Below are positions 9,890 through 19,093 of a stretch of DNA of 64,000 nt, piece after piece. The translations under genes were made by a program, and so were the position numbers. Each line of letters begins with the position of its first letter. Within the stretch, counting starts at the first letter, position 1. The DNA is from a virus. The stretch is from the IMG/VR virus record IMGVR_UViG_3300045974_000067, positions 5,714-69,713 of that record. One strand, 5' to 3'. The notes beneath the pieces are model-generated. The model had not been told where the DNA came from. It saw only the letters and a program-made list of their open reading frames with translations, and did no database searches.

Positions 9890-9994
9890 TTAACTAATTA
9901 ATAAAACAAACATTTTAATTAGAATACTATATAATATCAAACTTACAATACTTAGTAAAGGTATTGTTATCATAAACTTAAATAATTTTCTCAT
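9890..9994 (-). CDS. Small hydrophobic membrane peptide (34 aa)
   Basis: Manual translation MRKLFKFMITIPLLSIVSLILYSILIKMFVLLIS; ATGA overlap with upstream ORF. Confidence 0.45.
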   Translation of the reverse strand: MRKLFKFMITIPLLSIVSLILYSILIKMFVLLIS

Positions 9995-10110
9995 AAGAAG
10001 AAATACGGCATTACTTTAAATATTAAAAAGCCTAGAGATATATACAAAATGGTTGTTATAATTATACGCATAAAAAATAACCATAATGTAAATATCCAGC
10101 TTAGTAACAT
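9991..10110 (-). CDS. Small hydrophobic membrane peptide (39 aa)
   Basis: MLLSWIFTLWLFFMRIIITTILYISLGFLIFKVMPYFFL after GGAG RBS. Confidence 0.5.
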   Translation of the reverse strand: MLLSWIFTLWLFFMRIIITTILYISLGFLIFKVMPYFFL

Positions 10111-10148
10111 ATTAACTCCAAATGAAAAAATAACGCGATGAGAAATAC

Positions 10149-10184
10149 CCAACTACTAACACCCCGAAGGATATTAGTAGTTGG
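10149..10184 (-). terminator. Long RNA hairpin with C(UUCG)G loop (terminator or RNase III-type site)
   Basis: Minus strand CCAACUACUAAUAUCC-UUCG-GGGUGUUAGUAGUUGG, fully paired with G-U. Confidence 0.7.
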
Positions 10185-10190
10185 TATATT

Positions 10191-10412
10191 TTAAAACCGA
10201 TTTAAAAACTTTAGGATTTTTATTTTCAGGGGTACTTTTCGTACTACACCTGGGTTTTCATACTTAAATATTATTGCTTCACATCTATCTATTGATAAAG
10301 TACTTTCAATATGCAATGGAACAGTTTTGAAAGGGTCGAATCCTTCATAATATGTTACAACATGTACTATGCTTTCAACGACCCCTCTTCCTTTCTTTTT
10401 AGTTTTTAGCAT
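10191..10412 (-). CDS. Hypothetical protein
   Basis: ORF track. Confidence 0.55.
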   Translation of the reverse strand: MLKTKKKGRGVVESIVHVVTYYEGFDPFKTVPLHIESTLSIDRCEAIIFKYENPGVVRKVPLKIKILKFLNRF

Positions 10413-10866
10413 ATCTTACAGCAGAGTTATAGGCATCATTTAGATAAGTCTGAGCCTCCTTTGAAGTATCTACTACTGTAGTAGCCACAGTCTCATACAT
10501 TGCAGACGAGCGACCCTTAACAGCATCAATAACATTATCTTCTGGAACTAGTGCATTTGAGTATTTAGTTGAAATAACTTTGTAATTAGTTTGAAGTGTT
10601 GCCACTTGTGCATTCAAAACTACTACTTTAGCTTTTTCAATATTCAACGCAGAACGTTCTTCTGGTGTTTGAAGATTATAAATTGCATTAGTTCGAAGAC
10701 TACTTATAACGTGTCCTAGGTAAATTGGATCCTGGTAATAAAGAGTAATAGTTGCACTTGCAATCATTACCATTGTAAATGTCAAGCCAATCAACAAATA
10801 CTTATTAAGTGAATCAAAGAATTCGTTAATCTTAGACATTGTCGAGTTGTATGTAGTAAAGTTCAT
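10399..10866 (-). CDS. Membrane-anchored coiled-coil protein (spanin-like topology, unassigned)
   Basis: TM segment YLLIGLTFTMVMIASATITLYY followed by helical region; AAGGAG RBS before ATG 10866. Confidence 0.6.
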   Translation of the reverse strand: MNFTTYNSTMSKINEFFDSLNKYLLIGLTFTMVMIASATITLYYQDPIYLGHVISSLRTNAIYNLQTPEERSALNIEKAKVVVLNAQVATLQTNYKVISTKYSNALVPEDNVIDAVKGRSSAMYETVATTVVDTSKEAQTYLNDAYNSAVRYAKN

Positions 10867-10876
10867 TTGTAGCTCC

Positions 10877-10951
10877 TTAAAGTTTAAGTGTAATTGCAAT
10901 TAAAATAAGTACGATTGAGTATGTAACAATTTGACTAATTAACCTTAACAT
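10877..10951 (-). CDS. Small hydrophobic peptide (24 aa)
   Basis: MLRLISQIVTYSIVLILIAITLKL after strong GAAGGAG RBS, directly downstream of a class B motif. Confidence 0.5.
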   Translation of the reverse strand: MLRLISQIVTYSIVLILIAITLKL

Positions 10952-10971
10952 TAATATCTCCTTCTATATCA

Positions 10972-10992
10972 TATAAGATACCATTATTTGCG
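10972..10992 (-). promoter_or_regulatory. Putative phage RNAP promoter, class B (minus CGCAAATAATGGTATCTTATA)
   Basis: 21-mer repeated at 11613, 51962, 53880 (near-identical) and 53055, 58586 (degenerate); followed by RBS. Confidence 0.75.
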
Positions 10993-11125
10993 AATATTAG
11001 AAACTTTTAATAATTGATTAGTCTCATGTGTAATTTCTAAAATACTCTTAAATATTTTTAATTCGTAATTAAAATGTAGTGTAATAATCAATAAAATAAA
11101 AAGCAAAGCTATTTGTAACAAAATA

Positions 11126-11587
11126 TCACCCCTTATAAAAGATATGATTGCCAATAGTTTTAGTGTACTTCAGTTGATGCGCCCACTCTGGATCTACATA
11201 TACAGCATGAAAATGAGTACTACCATTTGTAATATCTTTTAATTTATTATCTAAAGCCTCACTAGCTATTTCTTTAGCCTTGTTAAACGAATCGTAATCA
11301 TCTATAGCATGCTTATAGAGTGTCCAAGAAAATTGATACGGTTGATAAACTATAGTACAAACAGAATTTCCAGTTCTTCGTACCCTATTCATAACTACGT
11401 TTGCGACTGCTTGCATACCTTTAAGACTTTCGCCCCTAGCTTCAAAATAGATATTTTTAGCTAAGCACTCAACTTCACTTTCTGGGAAAGTATTTTCAAT
11501 TGAAAGTGATTCAGTTTTTTCAATTAAGTCAGTTACAACAAATACAAGCATCATTGTAATACTTAGCAATACAATACTTTTAAACAT
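11126..11587 (-). CDS. SleB/CwlJ-like cell wall hydrolase (Hydrolase_2) with N-terminal signal/TM segment
   Basis: CLAKNIYFEARGES...AVANVVMNRV...QFSW...GSTHFHA.YV.P.W...IGNHIFY; start MFKS after AGGAG. Confidence 0.9.
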   Translation of the reverse strand: MFKSIVLLSITMMLVFVVTDLIEKTESLSIENTFPESEVECLAKNIYFEARGESLKGMQAVANVVMNRVRRTGNSVCTIVYQPYQFSWTLYKHAIDDYDSFNKAKEIASEALDNKLKDITNGSTHFHAVYVDPEWAHQLKYTKTIGNHIFYKG

Positions 11588-11612
11588 AATGGCTCCTATA
11601 TGTTGTCTTTCA

Positions 11613-11633
11613 TATAAGATACCCTTATTTGCG
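11613..11633 (-). promoter_or_regulatory. Putative phage RNAP promoter, class B (minus CGCAAATAAGGGTATCTTATA)
   Basis: Consensus copy, between a terminator and the hydrolase RBS. Confidence 0.8.
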
Positions 11634-11642
11634 CTCAATTTT

Positions 11643-11666
11643 TAGCCCCACCGTTAGGCAGGGCTA
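11643..11666 (-). terminator. Hairpin terminator at end of tail/holin operon
   Basis: Minus UAGCCCUGCC-UAAC-GGUGGGGCUA right after holin stop. Confidence 0.6.
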
Positions 11667-11670
11667 TAGC

Positions 11671-12180
11671 TTATTTAGAAGGTACAGATTGAGCAAGCAA
11701 TATGTCTTTACGTGCAGATCCACTTGTAGTACCAAACCAATAACTAACACAGGCAGTCCAGGCAGTACCTAGAGAGCCAAGCATTACAAGTAGTGGTGGT
11801 GAGTTAATTACACTATCATCTGCAAGCATCCAAATTAGTATTCCAAAGAATCCACCAGTGATTAAATAAGTAAGTATAGATGGTGTATTAGATTGTGTAA
11901 CTATTTGCATTTGACGTGCAGAATCTTTATCTTTGAATTCTAAGTCTGCGTATTTAAACTCACGTTCTTTTTCATGATCTTGATATTCTAATTCTAATTT
12001 CTTAATCTCAGCTAATTGATCAGGAGTGATCTTACCATCTTCAAATTGTTTACTAATAGTCGCAATAGTAGCATCTTTAATTCCAAATACACTACCTAAT
12101 GCTGCAACTGCTGCACCACCTAATGGGCCTAATAGTGCAGAGGCTAATGTTGGTGCTAGTGTTTTTAGGAAATCATTCAT
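11671..12180 (-). CDS. Putative holin (3TM gene-transfer-release holin type)
   Basis: LAPTLASALLGPLGGAA N-terminus, D.DSARQMQ, two TM helices, YWFGTTSGS.RKD C-terminus; GGAG RBS. Confidence 0.75.
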   Translation of the reverse strand: MNDFLKTLAPTLASALLGPLGGAAVAALGSVFGIKDATIATISKQFEDGKITPDQLAEIKKLELEYQDHEKEREFKYADLEFKDKDSARQMQIVTQSNTPSILTYLITGGFFGILIWMLADDSVINSPPLLVMLGSLGTAWTACVSYWFGTTSGSARKDILLAQSVPSK

Positions 12181-12320
12181 CAAGGTTTCTCCGTCTTTCT
12201 TCCGGATATAATATTGGTTCTTTTCTTCGTTCATACTCTGCAGGAGGATTCTTTCGAAATTTACCTTTAGCATTCTTCCAATATTCTATAATTTCAGCTA
12301 CTGTTAATAGCTCACCAATT

Positions 12321-12644
12321 TTACGTTCCATTGTCTATCCTTCTCTCGACTAATCTTCGTTCATGCTCTTTAGGCCATGGACTTAGAACTTCTCTGCGAT
12401 TAACTGGACAACGTGTACAAATAGAACTATTTCCATCTTTGCATACAAGTGCACCATTACGATCTAATCGTACACCTTCTACAACTATATAATCATGTAA
12501 TTTCCATGATGCATCAAAACAAGGGTCGCTTGTATTTAGAAAAGCGCCTTTGCCTATTAATGTACCACAATGTGGGCAGGAAACAAAGGTAAGTTGTGGT
12601 AACACTAATTCATTACCACATTTTGCAAGTTTATGTTTTGGCAT
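12321..12644 (-). CDS. Hypothetical Cys-rich (Zn-binding) protein
   Basis: CPHC and CTRC motifs; AGGAG RBS. Confidence 0.6.
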   Translation of the reverse strand: MPKHKLAKCGNELVLPQLTFVSCPHCGTLIGKGAFLNTSDPCFDASWKLHDYIVVEGVRLDRNGALVCKDGNSSICTRCPVNRREVLSPWPKEHERRLVERRIDNGT

Positions 12645-12686
12645 ACTGCTCCTTTAAATCCCCTTAATATTTATCATAAAATTATT

Positions 12687-13058
12687 TTAATGAGTACCAT
12701 AATTATATCCTATACTTTGCCCGTAGTTCGGCCCCGATGTCCCTGCTGCTGCGCTGGCGTCAGTTTGAACGCGGAACAGAATGGCGAATCTGCCATTCAA
12801 CTTCCAACCGATCCCCGTTTGAAATAGGTACTGGTTGGTAAAACGGAGGTGGAAGAACACCCCGAATGGGAATGCCACTCGGATGAAGAAAAGTGCGTTG
12901 TAGAACAGGCTCTTGTTCTCCGTGATCCGTGGTGTGAAGTTCCATTTATCCTTTTCCTTGAATATCCAAGCGATACCAATAGACTTGATGCTGTCGGTGT
13001 CGAGCAGCAACGGCCACTTGTTGAGGGGCGATGCCGGATCGCCTTCGATATTAAGCAT
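12687..13058 (-). CDS. Tail fibre-associated protein
   Basis: Coupled to fibre stop (TGATG); shares the fibre tip's higher GC. Confidence 0.55.
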   Translation of the reverse strand: MLNIEGDPASPLNKWPLLLDTDSIKSIGIAWIFKEKDKWNFTPRITENKSLFYNALFFIRVAFPFGVFFHLRFTNQYLFQTGIGWKLNGRFAILFRVQTDASAAAGTSGPNYGQSIGYNYGTH

Positions 13059-16000
13059 CAGGCGGTCACCGCTTTGATGACGGCGAAGTTGATTATCACT
13101 GCTTCGGATAGCGACCCGGCAGTCACATTTTCAAGCTCAAAAATGATTAGTCCAGCAGCCCATACCAAAGCTCTAAGCCGATAACTAGCGCCATTTGCCA
13201 TGCCTACCCCAGTAATGTTGCAAACAAAGCAATCCGTTGCAGCTACAGTGCTGTTGTTAAACGAAAATTGGACATTGGTAGTTGCCGCCAGCGCAGCGTT
13301 ATTCATCACAATCTGCCCATTGGTCTTGTTCAGCGTCACTGCGGTACTCTTACTCGTCGCCTGCGTGACCGTACCACCACTGCCGGTGCCGTAGCCGAGT
13401 CCTCCGGTGCTGACGTTGAGGATATTGCCGCTGGCATCTACACGGAGTCGTTCAGTACCATTTGTCCCGATATAGGCGTTTTTTGAATCAGTAGTGGTTA
13501 TCTTCAGCACACCACCAGCACTAATAATTCCACCTTCTCCAGCAGCGGTTGCAGTGCTGGTCTTCTGTAAGCGAATCGACCCGGCATTAGAGGTTACATA
13601 CAGGTCCGTTTCTGCTGTGGCTCCAGCGTTGGTGTTGCTGACTTCCAGCTTTAGAAGCCCGTTGACACTGGTGGATTGCGTGATATTCCCACTGGAGTCG
13701 ATACGCATGCGTTCGATTGGCGCTATGTTTGCTCCGCTAGTCAGGAACAATAAATTACCAGTCGGATACTGCGCATTCGTTCTCGCACCATTAACCGCTT
13801 GAATCATGGCGCTGGTGAAATAGTTGGCATTTGCCCCAGTGATCGCAGCGAAGTTGAGAGAGGTAAGGTTGTTGGTTGTAGTGTCAGTGTTTACAAGAGT
13901 AAGCCCCGCCGTTCCAGTACCAACGGCGGTTGCCGTTGAACTACCTGCTATCGTATGTCTAGCTGATGCTGTTTGGTCATAGGTTGAAGCTCCAGCAGTC
14001 GATACATTCAAATATCCACTCGCATCCAGCGTCATCGCCTGCGTAAATGTGATCGGGTTGCCTGCGGTGCCGCTGGGAGCGGTGTACCAAGTGTGACCCG
14101 TGCCAATCTCGTATTTATTAGCAGCCGCGCCGACGATGTATGTGTCTGCTGTGCCGTTGTAGTAGGTATTGTTTCCGAGTGAGAGTCCGATTGCATTGCT
14201 ACCCTCTATGGAATTTGAACCGGGTAGTTGAATTGCTTTTCTATTTGCTCCACTCCAAGCCGAAGGCACAACCCCCAAGCCAAGGTTGCCGGAGGAGTCT
14301 AGCGTCATCGCCTGAGTGAAAGTGATCGGGTTGCCTGCGGTGCCGGAGGGTGCGTTGTACCAAGTGTGAGCGCCTGCGTTTTGGTTGTAATAACTTGCGG
14401 CGTTTGTGGACTTATATGTATATGCAGACCCATTCCAATAGCTATTAAGCCCAATCTGCATTTGAGTACTGTAGGAACATACAAAGCCAAGAGTGCCACA
14501 ATCCATTACTTTGAATCCTGAACCCCATGCACTCGGCGTCACCCCAAGGCCGAGGTTGCCGGAGGCGTCGAGGGTGGCAACTGTTATGTTATTGGTTCTG
14601 AATAATATGGGTTTGTTTGCATACGCCGCCACATAGACATTCGTAGCGTCTGCGCTAAAGTACGCTTGCATTGCATTTCCTATGTTCACTTCATAGGCAG
14701 CATTCCCCGATGCGGTATTAAGTGAGTAGGCGCAGTTCCAAGCACCGACGTTTAATGTGGTAGTTCCATTTCCTGCACTCCCCGTCGCACTCAACGTCCC
14801 CGTGACGGCGAGGCCGGTGGAGGTTATATTGGCGATATTAGTTCCACCAATATAATTCTGAATTGCAGTTCCGTGATAAATCTGGAAATTTGGCGCATTG
14901 CCTGTTAGCTGCGAAGTTCCCCCAATAGTTACTATCCCACTCGCACTCAGCGCCCCGGTGACGGCGAGGCCGGTGGAGGAGACTGTTGTAACTTTTGACC
15001 CGTTAATGTAGGTATCAAGAGGAAAATTGTTGTTGCTTGAAACGTAGGTATTCCCGCTTCCCAATAATCCAAGTTCTGCCGTATTTTGTGTCTGGACTAC
15101 CTTGAAGTAGCTTTGGTTATTTGCTCCGTTAGCAATAACGACTGAGCCAAGACTGTTTGTAGCCGTCACCGTAGTAAAACTCCCCGTCCCGGTGACGGCG
15201 AGACCGGTGGAGGTCGTGTCAGTAACCGTTGTCGAACCAATGCGACCAAGAATATGGCCCCCATAAGTGCCACTTGTACTTCCACCTACAATAATATTGC
15301 CGCCATCGGTCACGGTATTCCCGCCGCCGAGAACCATTGACCCGCCCGTTGCGGTATTTAACAAGGCTCCCTGCGTAGCGGAAGATACATAGTTTCCCGT
15401 CGCACTCAGCGTCCCCGTTACCGCCACCCCCGTACTCGTCACATCGGTGACTGTGGTGCTATTTATCGCTTGAATAACGTGTTGGCCAGTCGGAGCATTA
15501 GTGGTATGATTCGTGGCAGCAGGAGCTGTAACCGTCGTGATTGTCTGTGTACCAGTAAAAGTATTTGCCGCATCTGTTCTAGCTATAGTTGCGTTAGTTG
15601 TTGGGAAAGTCATTGTAGTACTGTCAGTACCAGCCAGAGTCATAGAATTACTAATAGTTAATGACTTACCACTTGCAGCCTTGGCAGAACTATAATCCTT
15701 TTCCCAGGTACCTGCAGCACTACCAATATTAGTACATGTAGCAAGTATATCACAGCCAGGTGCAATAGTCCAGAATGCTCCACCCCCGTTTGCTTGAACA
15801 ACTATTGCTTGAGTTGAATCATTATCAATTTCAAACTTCCAACCTACTTTAAGTGTTGTAGCATTAGGTAATACAACAGTCTGACCTTGAGTACCTGTAA
15901 AGATAGTATAGTAAGGTGTAGTATTAGTGAATGTAGTAGTACTACCAGCAGTAGCAATACTCTGCATACCTAAACTTAAAGTATTAGCAATTAGGCTATC

Positions 16001-16363
16001 AGTCCAACTAGCGCTTGTGCCATTAGTAGTTAGAAGTTTATTTGCATTACTTGTTTGACTAGGCAAAGTAACAGGAGGATCTTGCCAAGTAGGTGCGCCA
16101 CTACCATTAGCAGTAAGTAATTGTCCAGCAGTGTTAGATCTAGTAATTGTATAGACTACACCACTAATAAGCTCAATAATCCCACTCGCTGCAGATCTCT
16201 TTAATATTTTACCAGTAGTACTCGAAAACAATGGTAATTCAGAATCTACAGATACACTCGCAGTACTCTCAAGTTTATCTGAGTTTAAGTTATTAAAATT
16301 AGCATCAACTTCATTGTTAGTTAAAGGAGAACCTTTACCTGCACGAGTAACAATAGTAGACAT
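13058..16363 (-). CDS. Long tail fibre / receptor-binding protein, mosaic
   Basis: N-terminal TRAGKGSPLTNNEVDANF anchor; G/T/S-rich repeats (STGLAVTG, TLD.SGNLGLGV.PSAW, ERMRIDSSGN); C-terminal GGTVTQATSKSTAVTLNK...LSEAVIINFAVIK tip. Confidence 0.88.
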   Translation of the reverse strand: MSTIVTRAGKGSPLTNNEVDANFNNLNSDKLESTASVSVDSELPLFSSTTGKILKRSAASGIIELISGVVYTITRSNTAGQLLTANGSGAPTWQDPPVTLPSQTSNANKLLTTNGTSASWTDSLIANTLSLGMQSIATAGSTTTFTNTTPYYTIFTGTQGQTVVLPNATTLKVGWKFEIDNDSTQAIVVQANGGGAFWTIAPGCDILATCTNIGSAAGTWEKDYSSAKAASGKSLTISNSMTLAGTDSTTMTFPTTNATIARTDAANTFTGTQTITTVTAPAATNHTTNAPTGQHVIQAINSTTVTDVTSTGVAVTGTLSATGNYVSSATQGALLNTATGGSMVLGGGNTVTDGGNIIVGGSTSGTYGGHILGRIGSTTVTDTTSTGLAVTGTGSFTTVTATNSLGSVVIANGANNQSYFKVVQTQNTAELGLLGSGNTYVSSNNNFPLDTYINGSKVTTVSSTGLAVTGALSASGIVTIGGTSQLTGNAPNFQIYHGTAIQNYIGGTNIANITSTGLAVTGTLSATGSAGNGTTTLNVGAWNCAYSLNTASGNAAYEVNIGNAMQAYFSADATNVYVAAYANKPILFRTNNITVATLDASGNLGLGVTPSAWGSGFKVMDCGTLGFVCSYSTQMQIGLNSYWNGSAYTYKSTNAASYYNQNAGAHTWYNAPSGTAGNPITFTQAMTLDSSGNLGLGVVPSAWSGANRKAIQLPGSNSIEGSNAIGLSLGNNTYYNGTADTYIVGAAANKYEIGTGHTWYTAPSGTAGNPITFTQAMTLDASGYLNVSTAGASTYDQTASARHTIAGSSTATAVGTGTAGLTLVNTDTTTNNLTSLNFAAITGANANYFTSAMIQAVNGARTNAQYPTGNLLFLTSGANIAPIERMRIDSSGNITQSTSVNGLLKLEVSNTNAGATAETDLYVTSNAGSIRLQKTSTATAAGEGGIISAGGVLKITTTDSKNAYIGTNGTERLRVDASGNILNVSTGGLGYGTGSGGTVTQATSKSTAVTLNKTNGQIVMNNAALAATTNVQFSFNNSTVAATDCFVCNITGVGMANGASYRLRALVWAAGLIIFELENVTAGSLSEAVIINFAVIKAVTA
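14023..15438 (-). repeat. Internal DNA-level repeat cassettes in tail fibre
   Basis: ~70-bp duplicate near 14030-14095 and 14300-14368 (HTWY.APSGTAGNPITFTQAMTLD); four STG(L/V)AVTG cassettes near 14780, 14940, 15182, 15396. Confidence 0.8.
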
Positions 16364-16382
16364 AATACACCTTTTTAGAAAT

Positions 16383-16408
16383 GGAGGATCACGGAGGAGT
16401 AATCCTCC
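16383..16408 (-). terminator. Intergenic hairpin
   Basis: GGAGGAUUAC/GUGAUCCUCC stem followed by AUUUCU. Confidence 0.55.
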
Positions 16409-16416
16409 TCTCTAAC

Positions 16417-16869
16417 TTACGCCAGAGTAATTTTCCAGGTAATTGCCAATGTATCATTGACACCCTTATTAATTACACTAAACACAGTACGTGCAATCAT
16501 AGTTCCTGCAGTGGAAGCATTGAAGATACCTGCTTCAGTCAATGCACCAGTACCATTACCAGCGGCAAACGTTGCAACAGCTTGCAGTGTATCATTGGCA
16601 AGAGTAGTCGTCACCTGCGTGACAGTGGCAGCGGAACGAGTACCAATTTCAGTACCTAAAGCAGTATCAGCAGCAGCAGCAGCAGTAGCACCAGTACCAA
16701 CACCTAGATGAGAAATCGCACCTGCAGTAGCGTCTTTCATACGGCTAGTAATATAACCTAAACCAGTAGTAACAACTAGATTGTGTTGTTGCTGCTCTTT
16801 AATATTGCCAAACTCATCAGTCAGAACTAATTGTACAAGGCCCTTAGCCTTAATAAATTCATGTGTCAT
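16417..16869 (-). CDS. Minor tail/fibre-hinge structural protein
   Basis: HNLVVTTG...GVGTG...DTAL.TE...TEAGIFNA...G.MIARTVF..INK...L.ITW.I phage structural family pattern. Confidence 0.75.
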   Translation of the reverse strand: MTHEFIKAKGLVQLVLTDEFGNIKEQQQHNLVVTTGLGYITSRMKDATAGAISHLGVGTGATAAAAADTALGTEIGTRSAATVTQVTTTLANDTLQAVATFAAGNGTGALTEAGIFNASTAGTMIARTVFSVINKGVNDTLAITWKITLA

Positions 16870-16885
16870 GATTAACCTTTACTTA

Positions 16886-19084
16886 TTAAAATGTGGAGGA
16901 TGTACCAACGTAGTCCTGGCTAAAATAATCGGTGCCAGCGTAGGAGTACAAGAATGTATAACCAGATGTTGCGATAGAAACAGTTTCTGTAGAAACTTTA
17001 CTAATTGTTAAGAGTTTAATATCACTCTTAGTAAGACTATCTTGTAATGCATCTGAATAAGTTTTAAGAATAATATCAGAAGTTACTTTACTCTCTGTGA
17101 GAGATTTAGTAAAATCTCTCTTTAAACTCTCAGAAGCAATAACTAATTCAGTAGGCTTGTCACCATATGTAAAATATACACTATCTGATTTACTAACAGT
17201 ATTGCTAAAGCCTGTCGAGAATGTTAAGTAGATATTATCCCAATATGTCGTAGTATCAAGATATTTATCTCCCATTACCCAACTTAATCTGTCATAAGTA
17301 CTAATTGGTTCTACTAGGTTTCTACTATAAACATTAAGTAAGTTAATTGTCTCACTATAATGCACTGTTTCAGTTTTTAGATTATTGGAAGCTTTAGTAA
17401 TTATTTCACTAGTGGTAATTGAATCTAAGAATGTCTTTAGTGTAAATAATAATAAACTAATATTATCAGATAGTCCTACTAATTCTGTTTTAATAGAACT
17501 ACTAGTTTTAGCAATAGTATCAGTTGATGTAGTTAGTTCTGATAGATTCTTGTTAGTAAGTAACACTATAGAATCTACTTTACTAATTGTTTCAACAGGC
17601 GTCTTGGCTAAACTTAATTGAACTAACTCTGATACAAACTTAAGATCACTCTTTAAAGTACTAGTATCAAAGAATAATATAGAATTAGTAGCTAAATTCT
17701 CTATATTACCTTTACCAACAGTCTTGATATTAGAATCACTAGTTACTTTACTTTCAGAAAATGGTTTAGTTGTTAACTTAAGTATTGTATCGATAGATGA
17801 AAATGTATCACTAAACTTAGTAGAGAGATTGATAGCTACATAGTCGTCCCATACACCTAATGCATCTAGATACTTATCTCCCATTACCCAGCTTAAGAGA
17901 TCAAAAGTAGAAGTAGTCTCTACTATAGCTCTATTGAAAGATACTAATAGATTTAAGTACTCAGTTAACGCTATATTTTCTTTCTTATTTAAACCCTGTA
18001 CTTTAGATAACAGCTCAGTTGCATGAATGCTATCAACACTAATTTTACTAACTATCTTTGCATTGAATTCAACTAAAGCTAAATTCTCCTGTTTGATAGT
18101 TATTAAAGCCTTATTGATTGCATCTGATGTAGCTAGTGCTTCAATCTTATTGACTACAATACTCTTTAACAAATTATCTGAAGATACAACAGATTCAATC
18201 TTATTAGTTGCAGTTTGCTTAAGTACTTGCTCAGCTGAAGCTAAACTTTCTTGTTTGATAGTTGTTAGGATTTTATTAATCACAGTTGACGTAGTTAACG
18301 GCTCAACTTTATTAGCTGCAATTCCTTTAAATACACTATCTGAAGATACAATAGCATCAAACTTATTAGCTGTAGTTTGCTTAAGTACTTGTTCAACGAG
18401 TGACTTAGTATCCACTGTAGTTTTACTAACAGTTTTTCTAATAACCTCAGTACATATAGTATTCTCATACAAAGAATAAAACATATTTCTAAGGAAATAT
18501 ACAGTATCACTAAGACCTAATGACTCTTGTACAACCTTAGTGGGTTTCTTAGAAACATTATCTGTAACAGTAGCATTATCTTTAAACTTAGAATCAATAT
18601 ATTTTGAAATTAATTCATACAACGCAGGATGATCTGTTAGAGCTTTATATGCATAGAATTGTAACTGTTGACTACTATGCACTAACTCTCTAACTTCAGG
18701 CCTAACATTAAGCCCAATAGTATCCCAGAAAGTAGAGACATCATTAAACTTATCAGTCTCATTATAGGATAAGAAGTCAAATACAGATTGATAATCATGT
18801 GGCCATAAGTATTGGTGCACATCGTAGTTGTCTTCTTCAACTATTTCTGAAGATACTATATTGATCTCATTATAGTCTTCGGTAGCAATTACTTGTTGTA
18901 ATGGCTCTGTAGCTGAAACTCCACTAACAATTTCCTTTGCTTGTATTTCTACATCTTTCTCAGAAACTACTAATACACTAGGTTGAGCATTACTACCAAT
19001 ACTAGGCACAGTATAATTAACAGTAATACCTTTAATAGTTTCTTTTGCATTGATATTTAGTTCTTTTTCAGAGGGTATCCTCAT
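16886..19084 (-). CDS. Repetitive virion (tail-associated) protein
   Basis: Short S/T/K/D-rich repeats; duplicated D.LSWVMGDKYLD and EQVLKQT..NK blocks; tail gene context. Confidence 0.7.
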   Translation of the reverse strand: MRIPSEKELNINAKETIKGITVNYTVPSIGSNAQPSVLVVSEKDVEIQAKEIVSGVSATEPLQQVIATEDYNEINIVSSEIVEEDNYDVHQYLWPHDYQSVFDFLSYNETDKFNDVSTFWDTIGLNVRPEVRELVHSSQQLQFYAYKALTDHPALYELISKYIDSKFKDNATVTDNVSKKPTKVVQESLGLSDTVYFLRNMFYSLYENTICTEVIRKTVSKTTVDTKSLVEQVLKQTTANKFDAIVSSDSVFKGIAANKVEPLTTSTVINKILTTIKQESLASAEQVLKQTATNKIESVVSSDNLLKSIVVNKIEALATSDAINKALITIKQENLALVEFNAKIVSKISVDSIHATELLSKVQGLNKKENIALTEYLNLLVSFNRAIVETTSTFDLLSWVMGDKYLDALGVWDDYVAINLSTKFSDTFSSIDTILKLTTKPFSESKVTSDSNIKTVGKGNIENLATNSILFFDTSTLKSDLKFVSELVQLSLAKTPVETISKVDSIVLLTNKNLSELTTSTDTIAKTSSSIKTELVGLSDNISLLLFTLKTFLDSITTSEIITKASNNLKTETVHYSETINLLNVYSRNLVEPISTYDRLSWVMGDKYLDTTTYWDNIYLTFSTGFSNTVSKSDSVYFTYGDKPTELVIASESLKRDFTKSLTESKVTSDIILKTYSDALQDSLTKSDIKLLTISKVSTETVSIATSGYTFLYSYAGTDYFSQDYVGTSSTF

Positions 19085-19093
19085 AACGCCTCC

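Noticed and set aside
13058-16363. Diversity-generating retroelement or invertible shufflon acting on the tail fibre
   Set aside because: Repeats are in-frame direct coding cassettes with non-adenine-specific differences; no reverse transcriptase or invertase in the window
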